DNA of 64,000 nt from Octopus bimaculoides (taxonomy: Eukaryota): assembly GCF_001194135.2 (NCBI RefSeq), contig NC_068989.1:30001114-30065113 (forward strand), given 5' to 3'. Positions 24,151-37,698 of the stretch are shown here, one piece after another; positions within the stretch are counted from its first letter, which is position 1, and each line of letters begins with the position of its first letter. The notes beneath the pieces were generated by a model that did not search any database, was not told the origin of the DNA, and worked only from the letters and a program-made list of their open reading frames with translations. A program made the position numbers and the translations under genes.

Positions 24151-24639
24151 GTTAAATGAATCTAGTTGAATAAGAACTGCTTTATTAATAACTTACATAA
24201 ACAGGGGACTATAAAAATGTATTTATTCACTAAAATTTAAGCTGACATAGGAAGAATTTTAATTGTAAAAGAAATGATGATTTCTTACTTTGTACAAATT
24301 TGTAAGGGAATATTTTCGTGCAATAACTGTAGATGATTATAAGTATAAATTCAGATGTGAAAAACAACTTGAAAAAGTAGCCTAAAGAAAAACATGTTTA
24401 AATGACAAAAAAGAAAAGTTCTGATAAGTCTACACAAATGTTTATTTAATCTGTTATTGGCGACACAAACAATAATATAGGATGATGAAGGTCACGACAA
24501 ATAGAGTAAAAAAAATTGAAGCCATGGCCTTGATTAATGCTATTATTTTGTCAAAAGTAAAAGAAGATTAGCACATACTGTCATCTGGAGATTTGAATCA
24601 AAAGAACGTAAATACAAAAATACGAAGCATCAGTTGTCA

Positions 24640-25960
24640 TTGGAGCACTTGACACATGAATAATTTTTGTCTCATTCTTGGATCGTTAAATACCTGCAGA
24701 TGTTTGGTGTTGCTGACAATATCGCAAATTTTCTGATGCGTAGCATGAAAGAGTGGAAAACCAAATTGTACTCAAGTAACGTATTCCTTGGAGAAGTTAA
24801 TATTAAAAAGGGCATCTTCCAAGGTGACTCATTTTCTCTGTTACTATTTGTAATTGCACTAATACCCATAACAATGACACTTAGGAAAGTTAAGATGGAT
24901 TACCGATGTGGGAAGAAAGGCCCATTATTGAACCATCTTCTGTTTATGGATGATCTGAAATTGTTTGAGAAATCTGAAAAACTGATAGATTCCTTAACCA
25001 AAACAGTCCAGAAGTGTTGCATATGGCATAGTGGTTAAGAGCGTGGGCTACTAATCCCAAGATTCTGACTTCGATTCCTTAGGAATGAGAACCCAGTTTT
25101 GACATTTCCCCAAGACACCTGATGAAGGCTGGAGGGTATATCAGCTGAAACATGTTAACAACAAACAAAATGAGGATAAATATCTGTCAAATGTAAATAA
25201 TGTAAATACACAGGATGTCAAGGATAATACAGCATTGTGGTAATGGCTTGAGCAAGGTGATATGAAGTGTACCACCAAAAACCTGATCATTACTGCACAA
25301 GACCTGGTTCTCATTACCAAGTCAGTGAAGTATAACATCTATAAAACTTCTGATACCCAGAAATGCAGACTCTGTGGAAAGAGTGTGGAAAATATGACCC
25401 ACTTGTTAAGTGGATGTGAGAGCCTTGCACAAAAAGAATACAAGCACTGCCATGATAATGTGTGTGTATCTTTATTGGCTCTTATGCTGTAAATAGCAAT
25501 CTGAGCATTTACCAAGTAAAGGATGGAAAATAATGATATTCTGGGACTATGATTTTCAGATGGATCATGTAATCGAACACTGTTGGCCGGATATTGTCAT
25601 ATTGAATAAGAGAGACAAATACTGTTAGATCATTGATGTAGTCATACTAAATGACATGAATGTTGTGAGTAAAGAGGTTGAAAAAATCATCATGTACACT
25701 GAATTGAAAGTGAAAATGACAAGACTGTATTGATTGCAAGAGGGTAATGTAAAAGTGATACCAGTAGTGATCAGAGAGTTGGGCTCAATCTCATTGAAAC
25801 TTCAAGACTTCTTAAGGCAACTGGAAATCCCATGCAAGATTATTGCAGCCTTATTGGGCACTGCGCACATCTTAAGGAAAGTATTATCTGTCTGAGGTTC
25901 TTGTTGTGACTTGACAGATGACTAAAGACTCTGATGCATTTTTACCTACACTGTGTTACA
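24640..25960 (+). mobile_element. Dong/R4-like LINE relic, interrupted by a SINE at 25021-25209
   Basis: RT GIFQGDSFSLLLF and HLLFMDDLKL; CCHC finger CRLCGKSVENMTHLLSGC; RLE PDIV region; ends in (AAT)n at about 25963-26042. Confidence 0.9.
25021..25209 (+). mobile_element. tRNA-headed SINE carrying a hammerhead-like motif
   Basis: Head TGGCATAGTGGTTAAGAGC...TTCGATTCC; body GACAC-CTGATGA-AGGCTG-loop-CAGCT-GAAAC; tail aatgtaaataatgtaaata. A second copy lies at 63901-64000 (-). Confidence 0.7.
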
Positions 25961-25963
25961 AAG

Positions 25964-26042
<79 letters not shown>

Positions 26043-26494
26043 CCTTTCTACTATAGGCACAAGGCTTGAAGTTTGGAGGAAGAGAATAGTCGATTACATC
26101 AAACCCAGTGTTTCACTGGTACTTAATTTATCAATCCCAAAAAGATGAAAGGCAAAGTCGACCTTGGCAGAATTTGAACTCAGAATATAAAGATGGTTGA
26201 AATACTGTCAAGCACTTCGCTCAGCATGCTAATGATTCTGCCAGCTTGCTTAATAATGATAATGGTTTCAAATTTTGGCACAAGGCCAGGAATTTCAGGC
26301 AGGGGACAAATTGATTACATTGACCCCAGTGTTCAACTGGTACTTATTTCATTGATCCCGAAAGGATGAAAGGCTAAGTTGAACCCAGCAGATTTTGAAC
26401 TTAGTGAAAAGACAGCCAAAATACCACTAAGCATTTTGCCCAGCTTGCTAATGATTCTGCCAATTCATTGCCCTTAATAATAATGATGATGGAC

Positions 26495-26762
26495 TCTTCT
26501 GTCAAAGATGACATATGAGTGTGCAGCTTTTACTGAATGACCTGCACAAATGATTTGTTCATGCTGCATGTTAGCTCACACTTTCTATCATATTGACATT
26601 GTCTGAACAAGTGCATGATGTACCACACACCAGGTGTCAGAGTGATTGCAGAGCAACATGAGATGAAGTGTTTCACTCAAGAACACAATACACCACCCAG
26701 TCTAGGAATTGAAATTACAATTGCTAGATTATGAGTGCAACACCCTAACCATTAAGGCATAA
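26495..26762 (-). mobile_element. tRNA-derived SINE, family C
   Basis: Minus strand starts GCCTTAATGGTTAGGGTGTTGCACTCATAATC..TTCAATTCC, then TTGTGTTCTTGAGTGAAACACTT. Confidence 0.6.
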
Positions 26763-26799
26763 TACCACTTATTAGTTGATAAATTGATAATTAGAAATT

Positions 26800-27996
26800 G
26801 TAGATGCTGATTGACAGGACTGAATATAGCATGGTTAGATTGCAAAAAAAGTATATGATATGATACCACACAGTTAGATAAGTAAAATAATGAGCATGTT
26901 TGGAGTGGCAGAAAATATGAAGAAAATGGTTAATCAAAGTATGAAACATTGGAATACTGAATTAACTGGAAGAAAACAAAAACTTGGAAAAATGAACATC
27001 AGATGTGGAATATTTCAAGGTGATAGCTTATCTTCATTATCGTTTGTATTGGACATGATACCACCCAGATTGATATTGTGAAAAGTTACAATAGCTTATG
27101 ATTTTGGAAAAGGATATGGTCAAATAAATCATCTCTTTTTCATGGATGATATAAAGATTTATGTGAAAAATGAGAAACGGCTTGAAAGCCTTAGACGTAT
27201 TGTTTGCATTTTCTGAAATGATGTAGGTATGGAATTTGAGATTGAAAAGTGTGTTATGTTGAATATGAATTGAGAAAGATTTGAAGGAAGCTAGGGAATT
27301 GAAATGCTATTGGGCAAACAATGAAAGTGGTTGAGAAAGGACAGTGGTATAAGTACTTGGGGATACTGGCAGCAGATGAAATAAAACATGAAGAAGTGAA
27401 ACAAATTACCAGTAGAGAGAGAGAGAGAGAGANNNNNNNNNNNNNNNNNNNNNNNNNNNNNNNNNNNNNNNNNNNNNNNNNNNNNNNNNNNNNNNNNNNN
27501 NNNNNNNNNNNNNNNNNNNNNNNNNNNNNNNNNNNNNNNNNNNNNNNNNNNNNNNNNNNNNNNNNNNNNNNNNNNNNNNNNNNNNNNNNNNNNNNNNNNN
27601 NNNNNNNNNNNNNNNNNNNNNNNNNNNNNNNNNNNNNNNNNNNNNNNNNNNNNNNNNNNNNNNNNNNNNNNNNNNNNNNNNNNNNNNNNNNNNNNNNNNN
27701 NNNNNNNNNNNNNNNNNNNNNNNNNNNNNNNNNNNNNNNNNNNNNNNNNNNNNNNNNNNNNNNNNNNNNNNNNNNNNNNNNNNNNNNNNNNNNNNNNNNN
27801 NNNNNNNNNNNNNNNNNNNNNNNNNNNNNNNNNNNNNNNNNNNNNNNNNNNNNNNNNNNNNNNNNNNNNNNNNNNNNNNNNNNNNNNNNNNNNNNNNNNN
27901 NNNNNNNNNNNNNNNNNNNNNNNNNNNNNNNNNNNNNNNNNNNNNNNNNNNNNNNNNNNNNNNNNNNNNNNNNNNNNNNNNNNNNNNNNNNNNNNN

Positions 27997-28048
<52 letters not shown>

Positions 28049-28960
28049 ATTGCAGTTAGAGCTGAATTCAAAAGATGTTATTGAAACAATAAATGTAATC
28101 AAATATGGAGTAGGAATTGTAGATTGGACCAAAAACGACATACAGAAACTTGACAGAAAAATTAGAAAGCTGTTGACAATGAATGGAGCCCACCATCCAA
28201 AAGCTGGTATCAACCAGCTGTACCTGAAGAGGGTAGAAGAGGCTTAATTGCTGTGGAAGAGTGTGTACAGATGGAAAGAAAAAGCATACTAGAATATTTA
28301 CAGAACAACACAGAGAAACTACTAAAGATAGTGAGTAAGGAACAGGTGATCAAGTGTAGAATAGGAGAAAAGGACAAGAATGAAATTCAAAGAGAGCACA
28401 TTAAACAGTTTGAAGAGAAACCTCTACTTGGTCAATTTTGGAGAGCCACTGAAAATGTGGAACAAAATCCTGGGCTTGGTTAATAGCAGGGCAATTAAAA
28501 AAAACAGAAACAGAGAGCTTAATTGTAGCAGTCCAGGATTAAGCGATAAAAACAAACAACTTGAGGAAAAATGTATATGGGGAGAATATGTCAGAAAAAT
28601 GTAGAGTCTGTGGAACTTGGAATGGAACAGTAGCACGGATTTTTGAAGAATGTCCCAAGTTAGTACAGGAAAAAATATAAGAAAAGGAGGTATGGTCAAG
28701 TTGTAAAAGTTTTACGCTGGAAGTTTTGTCAGAAATGGGGATTTGAAGCTGGTGACACATAGTATAAACATTAGGTCGAAACAGTGCTGGAGTTGGAGAA
28801 TTGTAAGGTTTTGTGGGACTTTCCTATTCAAACCAGAAGCTAGAAAATAATAAACAAGGCATAACAATAATAGATAAGGGAAGCGAAGTTGTTTACTAAT
28901 TGATCCATCCTGTCCATCTGATTTCAGGATCATAAAGAAAGAAGACAAAAAAGAAAAAAG
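26800..28960 (+). mobile_element. Dong/R4-like LINE relic spanning a (GA)n-flanked gap
   Basis: GIFQGDSLSSL, HLFFMDD, YKYLGI, DWTKNDIQKLDRKIRKLLTMNGAHHPKAG, then LWDFPIQ; closely similar to 58500-59950. Confidence 0.9.
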
Positions 28961-30140
28961 AAATACAATCCCATAAAATTTTAAATTGCAAGAATTTGGA
29001 ATATAGAAGCTGTAAAGGTTGTGCTTATGATAATTGGTGCTTTGGAAAATGTAAGCAAAGATATAAAATAAATAGTTGAAGGATGTATGCATATGTGAGT
29101 ACACACACACACACACACANNNNNNNNNNNNNNNNNNNNNNNNNNNNNNNNNNNNNNNNNNNNNNNNNNNNNNNNNNNNNNNNNNNNNNNNNNNNNNNNN
29201 NNNNNNNNNNNNNNNNNNNNNNNNNNNNNNNNNNNNNNNNNNNNNNNNNNNNNNNNNNNNNNNNNNNNNNNNNNNNNNNNNNNNNNNNNNNNNNNNNNNN
29301 NNNNNNNNNNNNNNNNNNNNNNNNNNNNNNNNNNNNNNNNNNNNNNNNNNNNNNNNNNNNNNNNNNNNNNNNNNNNNNNNNNNNNNNNNNNNNNNNNNNN
29401 NNNNNNNNNNNNNNNNNNNNNNNNNNNNCACACACACACACACACACACACACGTGAATAAAAGGAAAGGAAGAAGCACTACACATTTCAGAAATGCATG
29501 GAATCTATATCATTTAATACTAATTTAAAACTGTTACATAATTTTACTTTGGGTGCACCTTGCTTGTGTTGCAAAATCTTTAGCTATAATGGGTTATTAA
29601 TAAAAAACAAAATAGAAGCAATATACACCTTCTGGCTGTGAGAAAGGAAATGGAAAGTGATTGAAGTAAACAGCCAATCATGTGCTCTCCTCACAATTCA
29701 ACTTTACTGAGATATAAGTGGGTGTGGTCTCAGGAGATTTACTTGTTATATGCATTGTTTAACTTATAATGTGGATAGGAAGCATCAATTGTGATTAATA
29801 TTAACTGCATATCACAATACAGTTAATATTATGTAACAATTTTGACATTTATATAATGCAGATTCCGTGTATTCTTGAAATATGTGTAGTGCAGAACTGC
29901 TTCTTCTATTCATTTCATTCACTTATTCAATAATTGCTGACTAAGCAGCATAAGCTGCTTTTGTGCAAGAGTTTTATAGCATCTCTCATCTTACAAAGAT
30001 TACTCTATGATTTTGCACATTTGATACATGGATTAATACATTTAATTGACTGATTATTGCTTCCTTCATATTTTATGTAAGAGCCTGCATATGTTAGAGG
30101 CTAATCAAGTTTTTTTGCCATGATCAATTAACTTCCACTA

Positions 30141-30289
30141 TGTGGCTGTGTGGTAAGAAGCTTGCTTCCCAACCACATGGTTCTGGGTTCAGTCCTGCTG
30201 CATGGCACCTTGGACAAGTGTCTTCTACTGTAGTCTTGGGCTGACCACAGCCCTGTCAGTGGATTTGGTAGATGGAAACTGAAAGAAGC

Positions 30290-30336
<47 letters not shown>

Positions 30337-30435
30337 TTGTGTGTGTGTGTATCTGCTTGTACCCCACATATTTTTGTCCCTGTAACTTAGCAGTTCAGCA
30401 AAAGACACTCAAATGACTTAAACAAGTAAAAGAAT
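30141..30435 (+). mobile_element. SINE family A (partial copies also at 36878-37010 + and 43466-43683 -)
   Basis: GTGGCTGTGTGGTAAG...GGGTTCAGTCC head, internal (TA)n, tail ..aaacaagtaaaaga. Confidence 0.85.
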
Positions 30436-31899
30436 CAAGGAATATATATATGAAACATCGTTGTCACATTTTAATGTAATTGTTTTAGGTTTAAAGCATT
30501 TTTAACAATTTCTGCCTCTGGATATTTTCTAGTAAATATCCAAATTCAGTAATTAATATTGAAAACATAAATGAAAATGAAAAACACTACTAACTATTCC
30601 ACATTAATCCCCTAGTTATTTCAGTTTGGATATGAACAGGGATATTATATGCAGATGATTTGCTAAAACACTTTTACAGTTTTGACATCCTAAAAGAAGT
30701 TTAACAATTTCAAGATGTTTTAATAAATGACAAAGTACTGTAGATATAACCCAACCCATTCCAGCATTGAAAAACACACAAGAACTTAATATATATCATA
30801 GCATTGTAGATAATTATATTGTAGTTTTTTAATGGTTTAAATCAGGAGAAAGAGGCAGATCCTATGACCTTTGCAAACTCTTTGTGATTATGGAAATTCA
30901 TATTATTGATATTTAGTTTTAACATGTATAAGTTAAGAAAAACATGGGCAGGAAGGGAGTTACACAAAGCTGATATTCTGGAAATAAAGGGTTGTGAGTG
31001 TGGTATGTGTGCTAAGAGGAGGTGAGATGGGTATGTCAGATGGAACTGGATAGATGTCGTATGTAAACTATCTAGTATAGAGGATGTAAGGATCTAAAAA
31101 AAAAAAAAAATAGGATAATTTAAATCTAGATTTATCCAGATTGTTTTTGATATATGTGCCAAGAGTGATAATTGTGGCTTCACTGTAATAGAACAAAGAA
31201 AATGAATAAAAAGTACATTATTTTTAAAACTTAGTATTTGGATAAATAGTTTACACAAGCATATCTTAATATGCTTGTTAGCAAAAACATCCAATAGCAA
31301 TAATTACTGTAGGCAACTTTTTCTGAAGTTCAACCAACCAGATCTTTCTAAAATCACTATTAACAAACAGTAACTGGTAGAGTATAAGAAAAAGATTTAC
31401 TATCTGTACTCAACTGTAATATTTGAAAGTAAAATATGGGGAGAAAAAAAAAAACAAAGAAAAACAATCAGTATAATTATGATTCAATGTAAATGATATG
31501 ATTGAATATTTTTACATATCATCTTCTGTAGAACCAATCAATTAAAATAGATATTTTAAGAGTTTCAAATGATATATAATTTGCTGAACTAAACAGAAAG
31601 AGAAAAGATTAATGAGAGATCAAAGTAGTTATTTATAAATAAAATTTAATATTTCATATAAACGATTAAGGGAAGGGATAAACATACAGTTCTAATTGTT
31701 GAGTAAACATTATTAAGTTATAGCCATAAAACGGTTAATTTGCCTTAACCATCATCTTAATTTCAAAATGATGAAATTTTTAATCAAAAAAAGCTCCATT
31801 GAGCCAAAATTCAGAACATCACACAAAGGAGAGCTTTTGTAAAAGAGAAGCAGTTAATATCAAGCTTAAATGATTAGTAAAGTGAGTAAGGATAGAAAA

Positions 31900-32330
31900 C
31901 CTAGAAGCTAAGTGCAAACCAGATCAACTACTAGACATGTTGCTATTAAATACTGAGAAAATTCTTTGATTTTGATATACCTTACAGTAATTTATTCAAT
32001 ATAAATACATTTTAATTTAAAAAACATCAGAAAACACGTTAAGATTGGAGGTAAACTTCTCTACAATATATTTGAATTAGAAAAATGTTGAGTGTTGTTG
32101 CTATTGCTTTTATAGAAGAACTAGATGTTATTGATAATTTTCAAGTGCATAGACAGTTAGTGCATAGAGAGTAATTAAGTTTAAATGAATATAATTTCAG
32201 AAATGAGAAGTTTAGAAACTCTCTTGTAGACAGTAATAAATAGCAGTACTGAACTTAAATACATATTTGGAAAAGAAACACTTTTTATATTTGAAGAGGC
32301 ATGGAAAACATTGAAATAAGGCAAATAATT
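31900..32330 (+). mobile_element. Decayed MULE/Mutator-like transposase fragment
   Basis: HFNLKNIRKHVKIGGKLLYN then (frameshift) MLSVVAIAFIEELDVIDNFQ resembles the MULE FH..Q.I.RK....G....Y / ALAF.P..DV...F segment. Confidence 0.4.
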
Positions 32331-32527
32331 AAGTTTAGAATTATAATAAATGCATAAGTACAGTCAGTTCTAGCTTTCTAGTCTGAAAGTGTAGAACAAG
32401 TTGTGTATTTTGGGAAGGTATTTAATCAATTTTGAATGATGGGGAACAAGATTTAAAGATTTTTCACTTATAATGGTCATTATGACATATAATGGGAGTT
32501 AAGCTGCTATTGCATTATTACCTATAG

Positions 32528-32585
32528 CACATTACGGGATTAACAACTGAGGCCTTGAACTGGAGTTGTGTATTCATGTTCTTAG
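32528..32585 (+). CDS. Candidate exon E
   Basis: ttattacctatAG acceptor, ag|GTATGC donor; the only open frame is phase 0-1, HITGLTTEALNWSCVFMFL. Confidence 0.4.
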
Positions 32586-33415
32586 GTATGCATGGCACAC
32601 TGAGTCACGAAGTAAAAAAAGAAACTATTTACTTTTCAAAGTAATTTATATATTCATAATTTATTGCATTTATTTCTCATTATTTATGCTCAACACTTAA
32701 CTTTTTGTTTGATAGTTGTTGTCAGTCACCACTACTTTGTATGTATCTTGGTACTGACAGAAATAAGATGAGATAAACAATGATATGTAACTTTATCTTA
32801 TAATGATCTGCATATTTTATTTTAATACCTACACTCCTGATGTGTTTCTACCAGGCCATAGAAACAGGCATAAACTTACCCTATTTTACAATTTTTCAAG
32901 GCAGGAATTCTGTGCATTTATAGATTTTAGCTTTAAAAAAGTACAAAATTCTATACTGTGCATCTAATTAGTATGAACTCATAATATCCAAAACAAAATA
33001 ATAAAAGTGGATTATTGAAAGAAAAATATCATATGAGACATAAGTTTTTCTTTGAGCAACCTGTCACTATTGTTCTGGAAGACAGAAATAAGTGCAAAAA
33101 AAAAAAAAAACGAAACTAGTGGGTTAGTTGTAGCACAACAAACAACCAGAGGTTGTGACACCATCTTCTGTCAGCTGATTGAATCAACAGGCAAGCAGAC
33201 TTTAGAATGTCATCATTAGCCACATATACTGTACCTCACTACTCAATATTGATTGCAGCAATTTAACAGCCATCATCAGCAACAGCATCAGCAGTATCAG
33301 CGCAGTCTTGTGCAAATGGTGACACGAAGAGAAAGAGGAAGAGGAGAAGAGGAGAAGAGGAAACAAGCAAGTGATTCTTGGGTTGTAAACAGTTTGTTGA
33401 GGTTCACTTTTGTAG

Positions 33416-33573
33416 GTCAGTTGAGCCAAAAGATAGTACTGAGTGCTCTGCTGCATGATGAAGAGGATGGATATGGCACTTGTACAGAATCAGATGTCTT
33501 GAGAAGGCTCATATTGCAAGATGTCCACAGGAATGGCAATGGTGCAAAATTAACAGACTATTCAGTGCAAAAG
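33416..33573 (+). CDS. Candidate exon D
   Basis: ttcacttttgtAG acceptor, aag|GTACTT donor; phase 1-0 reading QLSQKIVLSALLHDEEDGYGTCTESDVLRRLILQDVHRNGNGAKLTDYSVQK, inside a 117-codon open frame. Confidence 0.45.
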
Positions 33574-34057
33574 GTACTTTACATTGTAAAAGAACAAGTT
33601 TTTTAGTTTGTTCTTTAATTAAGTAGGTATAAATGATCTATGATAATGAATTTTGTAGTATTTATGTATATTTTTCTGGAAATACCACTTTGTTAATTAT
33701 CAAAATAAAATTTGTAATATGTGATTTATTGAGTATATAATATAATTTTTGAAGTCTATTACTATTTTATTTTTAATGAGTTTTAATAGCACAAAGTGTG
33801 TATTTTATGATTAATAATTTTTATTTGAATTTTCTGAAGTCTATTTTTTTTTTTTTTTTAGCTAGAACTGTAATTAAAATCAGAATTTCTTACATAGATA
33901 CAATACCAGAAATTTTGTGGGAAAGAGGGCTTAGTTGATTAAATCGACTTCAGTACTTGATAAATACTTTATTTTATGGCCCAGAAAGAATGATAAATTA
34001 GCATTAACAACATTTGAACTCAAATCATAAAGAATTGGAACAAATACCGAAATTCAC

Positions 34058-34120
<63 letters not shown>

Positions 34121-34475
34121 TTCATACAGAAGCATAAGGTTAGGAATTTTGTTGGGGGGAAATAATCAATTGTATGACTATAGGCAAAGTTGATCTTGGC
34201 AAAATTTGAAATCAGAAGGTAAAGAGCCAGAACAATTTTGTTCAGAACTCTGCTGATTCCTCTGATAAAATTAAAATAAATCATACAGATAAATTCTTTG
34301 ACCATTGAACACAGCTAGATTGGGCTCTATAAGGATTTGCAGCACCATTCTCAAAGTGGACAGTTTATGATATAATACTGGAGGTACAGGGGTGGTAAAT
34401 GGCTTTTGAGTATGCAGAATAGACTAACTGGCTTCACAACTTAGCAAACAAAAGAATATTTTAGATTGTTTTTAG

Positions 34476-34563
34476 AAATTACAAAGTCTGACAGTCAAAC
34501 CAGCCATTGACAGTTATGAACAAATTGTCAGCTATTTGTCTGTAAGAAAAAAATTCTTTCCAA
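34476..34563 (+). CDS. Candidate exon G
   Basis: gattgtttttAG acceptor, GTATGT donor; phase 0-1 reading KLQSLTVKPAIDSYEQIVSYLSVRKKFFP. Confidence 0.4.
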
Positions 34564-36499
34564 GTATGTGGTAACTAAAAGCTTACTTATCACATGCAAA
34601 ACAGTTCTTTCAGTAAGGTCCTTATATATTGCCTTAGTTGCTAACATCTTTCAAAGTGTAAGAGCTTATTAATATCTGTTTTGCATGTGATAACTAAGAC
34701 TTTAAATCCAGGCTTAGTCTTGATGTACCCTATAATATTTAGTGAATATAAAGAAAATACAGTAACCTGCAACTTAAAACACTTCCCCACAATAATATAG
34801 TTTTTGCTATTTTTATCTTCAGAAAGTACTCTAACATAACAATGATATTTTTACCTTTCAAATAGTGGCAGCAGTTAACTTGAATACATTTTATATACCT
34901 TAACTAGTTATCCTTAACTAGTCTTTTGGTGATAACAAAGACTATCAGAAATATATATCTGTATTGCAAAAATAGAATTTAAAATTGCCATACAATAAAG
35001 ATTAGAGAGTAAAATGTTTGAGTCAGTAACTGAAGTTACTTTGGCAGAATCCTATAAATATTAGTGAATAGTTATTTAAAACAAATAAAATAAAAACATT
35101 GTGTAATTTAGAAACAAACAATAAAACAAAATTTTCAAGATTATAATTCAGATACATAATAATTTAAGAATACTGTTTAGTGCAATGCAAACAATATTTC
35201 TTTGAAGAGCTTATGTTTGGATGTACATATGTATACACAAGCAAACAAAACACACATACGCACATATGCCAACTATTAGAAACAGTACATCATTTCAAGT
35301 GTTTTGAATAATGAAGTGAAATGTCTAGGAAAATGGACTAGAACACTATCTAAAATCTAAAGAACACCTTTACCCAAACTTTCCAGAAATGAACTTGTGT
35401 CTAACTATTTTGATTCAGTCACACATTTTCTAGGAGAAAAGATGTTAACAACCTAGATATAAAGATTCCACTACTAAATACTTATTGTTTTTTTTTTAAG
35501 ATTTGTTAAGTGCTTTGCTAAAGAACAATACAAATAAAAAGGTAGAAATTCAGACCTTGGTTATCTCACATAAGAAATGTCATCTAAATGTCAGTTCAGC
35601 AATCGTTAAACTCACAAACAAGTTAGACAGTCAATTCTGGTTACAAATTGAAACAACAATGTAAAAACTAATTTAAGTTTAAAAAAAAAAAAGGAAAAGG
35701 GAAGCACAAATAAAGGAATAAGGGATTTTAAATAAAAATTCAAAGAATTTAGTTTTTAAATATTTTAAAAGTCTGGTTCAGATGATTCTAATATAGTTGT
35801 ATATTTGAAATCCTTTATAATTTCATGAGGTTGACTGTTTAGCTGTTTCTTTCACTTGAGCATAATTACATATAATGGTAACCTTGAGATCTTTTGTGGT
35901 AAAAAGTCTACATTTTATAGTATGGTTCTTATAGTATGCAAGTTCATTTAATGAATAATGCAGGGTATGGATCTCATAAGTGAAATTTTATTAGTAAAGG
36001 AGAGATTTTCAGATAATTTTTCATTCAAACAATAGATTAAATAAATATTTATATTATTTTAAACTTTTCCTGGAATATAAGTAACACTGATCTGACAAAT
36101 TCAGTAAATAGTTAAGAATTTGGGTAGGACCAAGCTCCTAGTTGATCAAGTCATTGGAGCAGTATACTAAAAACTCTAGGGAGAGCATGAACATCACAAT
36201 ATCTATTTTGATTTTCCAAAATGTGCTTTATCAGAAAAACCAATAATTAACTAATGCAGCTTGCAAGACTACAAGCACTAAGTTTTATACTTTTTTTAAT
36301 TGACTTCATGTTTAATTATATAGAACTGATGCTTGATCATACAGATTTTCTAAAGAAAATCTGAAAAAGAAAGTTGAGGAAGGTGTTAATAAAAAAAATG
36401 AAAGTATAAGTTGCAAATTGTACTCCCTAATTGAGATGAACAAAAGGCATGCGAATGAAATCTATGCAATGCTGACATTGATAAGTGTGTCACTATACA

Positions 36500-36812
36500 A
36501 TATAAAACTGGCACTCGATTGATTACAACAATAAGTGTTCCAGTTGATCCATTCAATGGAACAGCATGCTCGTGAAGTTAATGTGCAAGTGGCTGAGAAC
36601 CTCATAAACATGCATATCCTTAATGTAGTTCTCAGAGAGATTCAATGTAACACAGAATGGCCCTTTGAATTACAACTCATTGTTGCCAGTTGAGTAGACT
36701 GGGGCAATGTGAAATAGAGTGTCTTACACAACACGCTGCCAAAAAATGAACTCACGACCTTATGATTGTGAACTGAATGTTCTTAACCACCAAGCCACAT
36801 GCCTTCACACAA
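36500..36812 (-). mobile_element. tRNA-derived SINE, family D
   Basis: Minus strand starts GGCATGTGGCTTGGTGGTTAAGAACATTCAGTTCACAATCATAAGGTCGTGAGTTCA, a tRNA-like head. Confidence 0.6.
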
Positions 36813-37018
36813 AACAATGACCTTCTTTAGTAAAACCTATATACAGTCGCTTCCACTTTAAAATGTAATGCACTAGGCACAGACGTAGCTGTTAAGTTTG
36901 CTTCCAGACCAAATGTTCTCATGGTTAATTCTACTGCTTGGTCAGCCTGGGGCTGACCAAGCCTTGTGAGTGGATTTAGTGGACAGAAACTGAAAGAAGT
37001 TCATTGTATAGCTATCTC

Positions 37019-37078
<60 letters not shown>

Positions 37079-37099
37079 CACACACACACACACACACAC

Positions 37100-37698
37100 A
37101 CAGAGTCACTCACTGATGCTCAGCTAAATTTGATGATTTTTTTATGCCTCCTTTTTTCAGGAACACCTTGATGTATTGGTGAACAGTCAGTGGTGTTGGA
37201 GAGCATAAAGATTAAAGTTGTAGTTGAGAAAGAGTTAACTGACATGGAGGACTGGAAACCATCTGAATATTGGAAAAGTGTTACTTGTATCATGATGATT
37301 ATGCCAGGTATCAAAATGTTGACATTATGACTGCTGTTCAATGCTCTGAACACTGTAAAGGCTATAAGCTGTAACAAGGACATCATGAAAACCAAGTGCT
37401 CCCAAACTGCGATGGTTTTTGGGTGTGTCACCAGTGAGGGTGATATTATGTTGTCCCACATCTTTGAACAAGGCCATAGGCTCAACTCAGACAGCTATGT
37501 AAAGCTGCAGGAAACTGTGGTCAAACCCTGGCAGGAGAAGATTGCTACTGGAAGGCCACATGTGTGGTAGCAGAATTTGGCTCTTTGCCATACCTCCAGA
37601 AAGAGTCATAAGTGATTGTTAGAGAATTTTTAAAACTTTACCAGCCCCAATTTCTGATCTAATTCCCCTGATTGTAATCCCATGGATTACTATGTGTG
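37100..37698 (+). mobile_element. Tc1/mariner (maT/DD37D-like) transposase relic, runs into a gap
   Basis: MKTKCSQTAMVFGCVTSEG...TVVKPW...(W)QN.A.CHTS...NSPDCNPMDYYV catalytic region with stops. Confidence 0.85.

Noticed and set aside
25021-25085. tRNA-like sequences at SINE heads
   Set aside because: Only A/B-box-like motifs; no complete cloverleaf, and each continues into a repeat body.
30640-30720. ILYADDLLK, an RT-like motif
   Set aside because: Isolated motif with no other RT domains recognisable.
33253-33606. Alternative reading of this ORF as a Harbinger transposase N-terminus (basic stretch, WV..LLR, LRRLILQD..RN)
   Set aside because: Resemblance is weak and no DDE core follows; not excluded, so exon D confidence is kept moderate.
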